Assembly: GCA_026770705.1 (NCBI GenBank)
Contig: JANJGN010000013.1
Location: forward strand, 61,442,001-61,506,000
DNA: 64,000 nt
Direction of reading: 5' to 3'
Origin: Isurus oxyrinchus
Lineage: Eukaryota
The position numbers and the translations under genes are program-made. Numbering within the stretch: position 1 is the stretch's first letter; the number at the start of each line of letters is the position of its first letter. Positions 63,336 through 64,000 of the stretch are shown here, one piece after another. The notes beneath the pieces were generated by a model that was not told the origin of the DNA, made no database searches, and was given only the letters and a program-made list of their open reading frames with translations.

Positions 63336-64000
63336 GAACAAAAACAGAATTTCCTGGAAAAACTCATCAGGCCTGGCAGCATTGGCGGAAAAGGACAAAG
63401 TTGATGTTTTGAGTCCTCATGACCCTTCAACAGAAATAAGTAAAAATAGGAGAGGGGTGAAATATAAGCTGGTTTAAGGTGGGGCGGGGGATGGAGCTTG
63501 TGTATGTGTGGGGGGGTGGTGAGAAGTAGTGGTGGCGGTGGTTGTAGGGGCAAGCAGGCAGTGATAGGAGCAGATAACTAAAAGATGTCACAAACAAAAG
63601 AACAAAGAGGTGTTGAAGGTGGTGATATTATCTAAATGAATGTCCTAATTAAGAATGTACAGCAGGACACGCAAGGTACAGATAGCTCTAGTGGGGGTGG
63701 GTTGAAATAAGACTAAAAGGGCATAAAAGGTATAAATTTAAATATAATGGTAATTGAGCAGCTGCTCAACAATGGAAATAGGTGGGAAAAAATCTATATA
63801 AATTATTGGAAAAAACAAAAGGAAGGGGGAAGAAACAGAAAGGGGGTGGGGATGGAGAAGGGAGTTCAAGACCTAAAGTTGTTGAACTCAATATTCAGTC
63901 TTGACGGCTGTTAAGTGCCTAGTTGGAAGATGAGGTGCTGTTCCTCCAGTTTGCGTTGAGCTTCACTGGAACAATGCAGCAAGCCAAGGACAGACATGTG
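63336..64000 (-). mobile_element. Penelope-like retroelement 3' portion, reverse orientation, running off the window
   Basis: Reverse complement gives HMSVLGLLHCSSEAQRKLEEQHLIFQLGT*QPSRLNIEFNNFRS*, then the 3' UTR, a decayed hammerhead motif at 63399-63437 and the TTTTTGTT terminus at about 63337. Confidence 0.88.

Overview
Eukaryotic, non-protein-coding DNA. It is vertebrate-type; a cartilaginous fish is my inference from the style of the Penelope elements. From about position 76 to about 63335 it is a head-to-tail tandem array of a ~1115-bp unit. Each unit carries one + strand, intron-containing tRNA-Leu(CAA) gene or pseudogene of 119 bp (38-nt 5' exon, 35-nt intron, 46-nt 3' exon), normally followed by a T4-T6 Pol III terminator. 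I count 54 copies plus one remnant. Class A (21 copies) includes 13 with canonical cloverleaf exons and 4 near-intact ones. Classes B (18), C (9) and D (3) and three edge copies are degenerate. Most B and C copies keep consensus A and B boxes but carry an internal T4 run. The classes are arranged in a higher-order pattern (C is always followed by a B-leader unit), with multi-unit segmental duplications. Units decay at both array edges. The right edge holds four fragments of a Penelope-like retroelement (RT, GIY-YIG endonuclease, and a 3' end with a degenerate minimal hammerhead ribozyme), a small templated insertion and a 100-N assembly gap. The recurring ORFs in the track are artefacts of the repeat.
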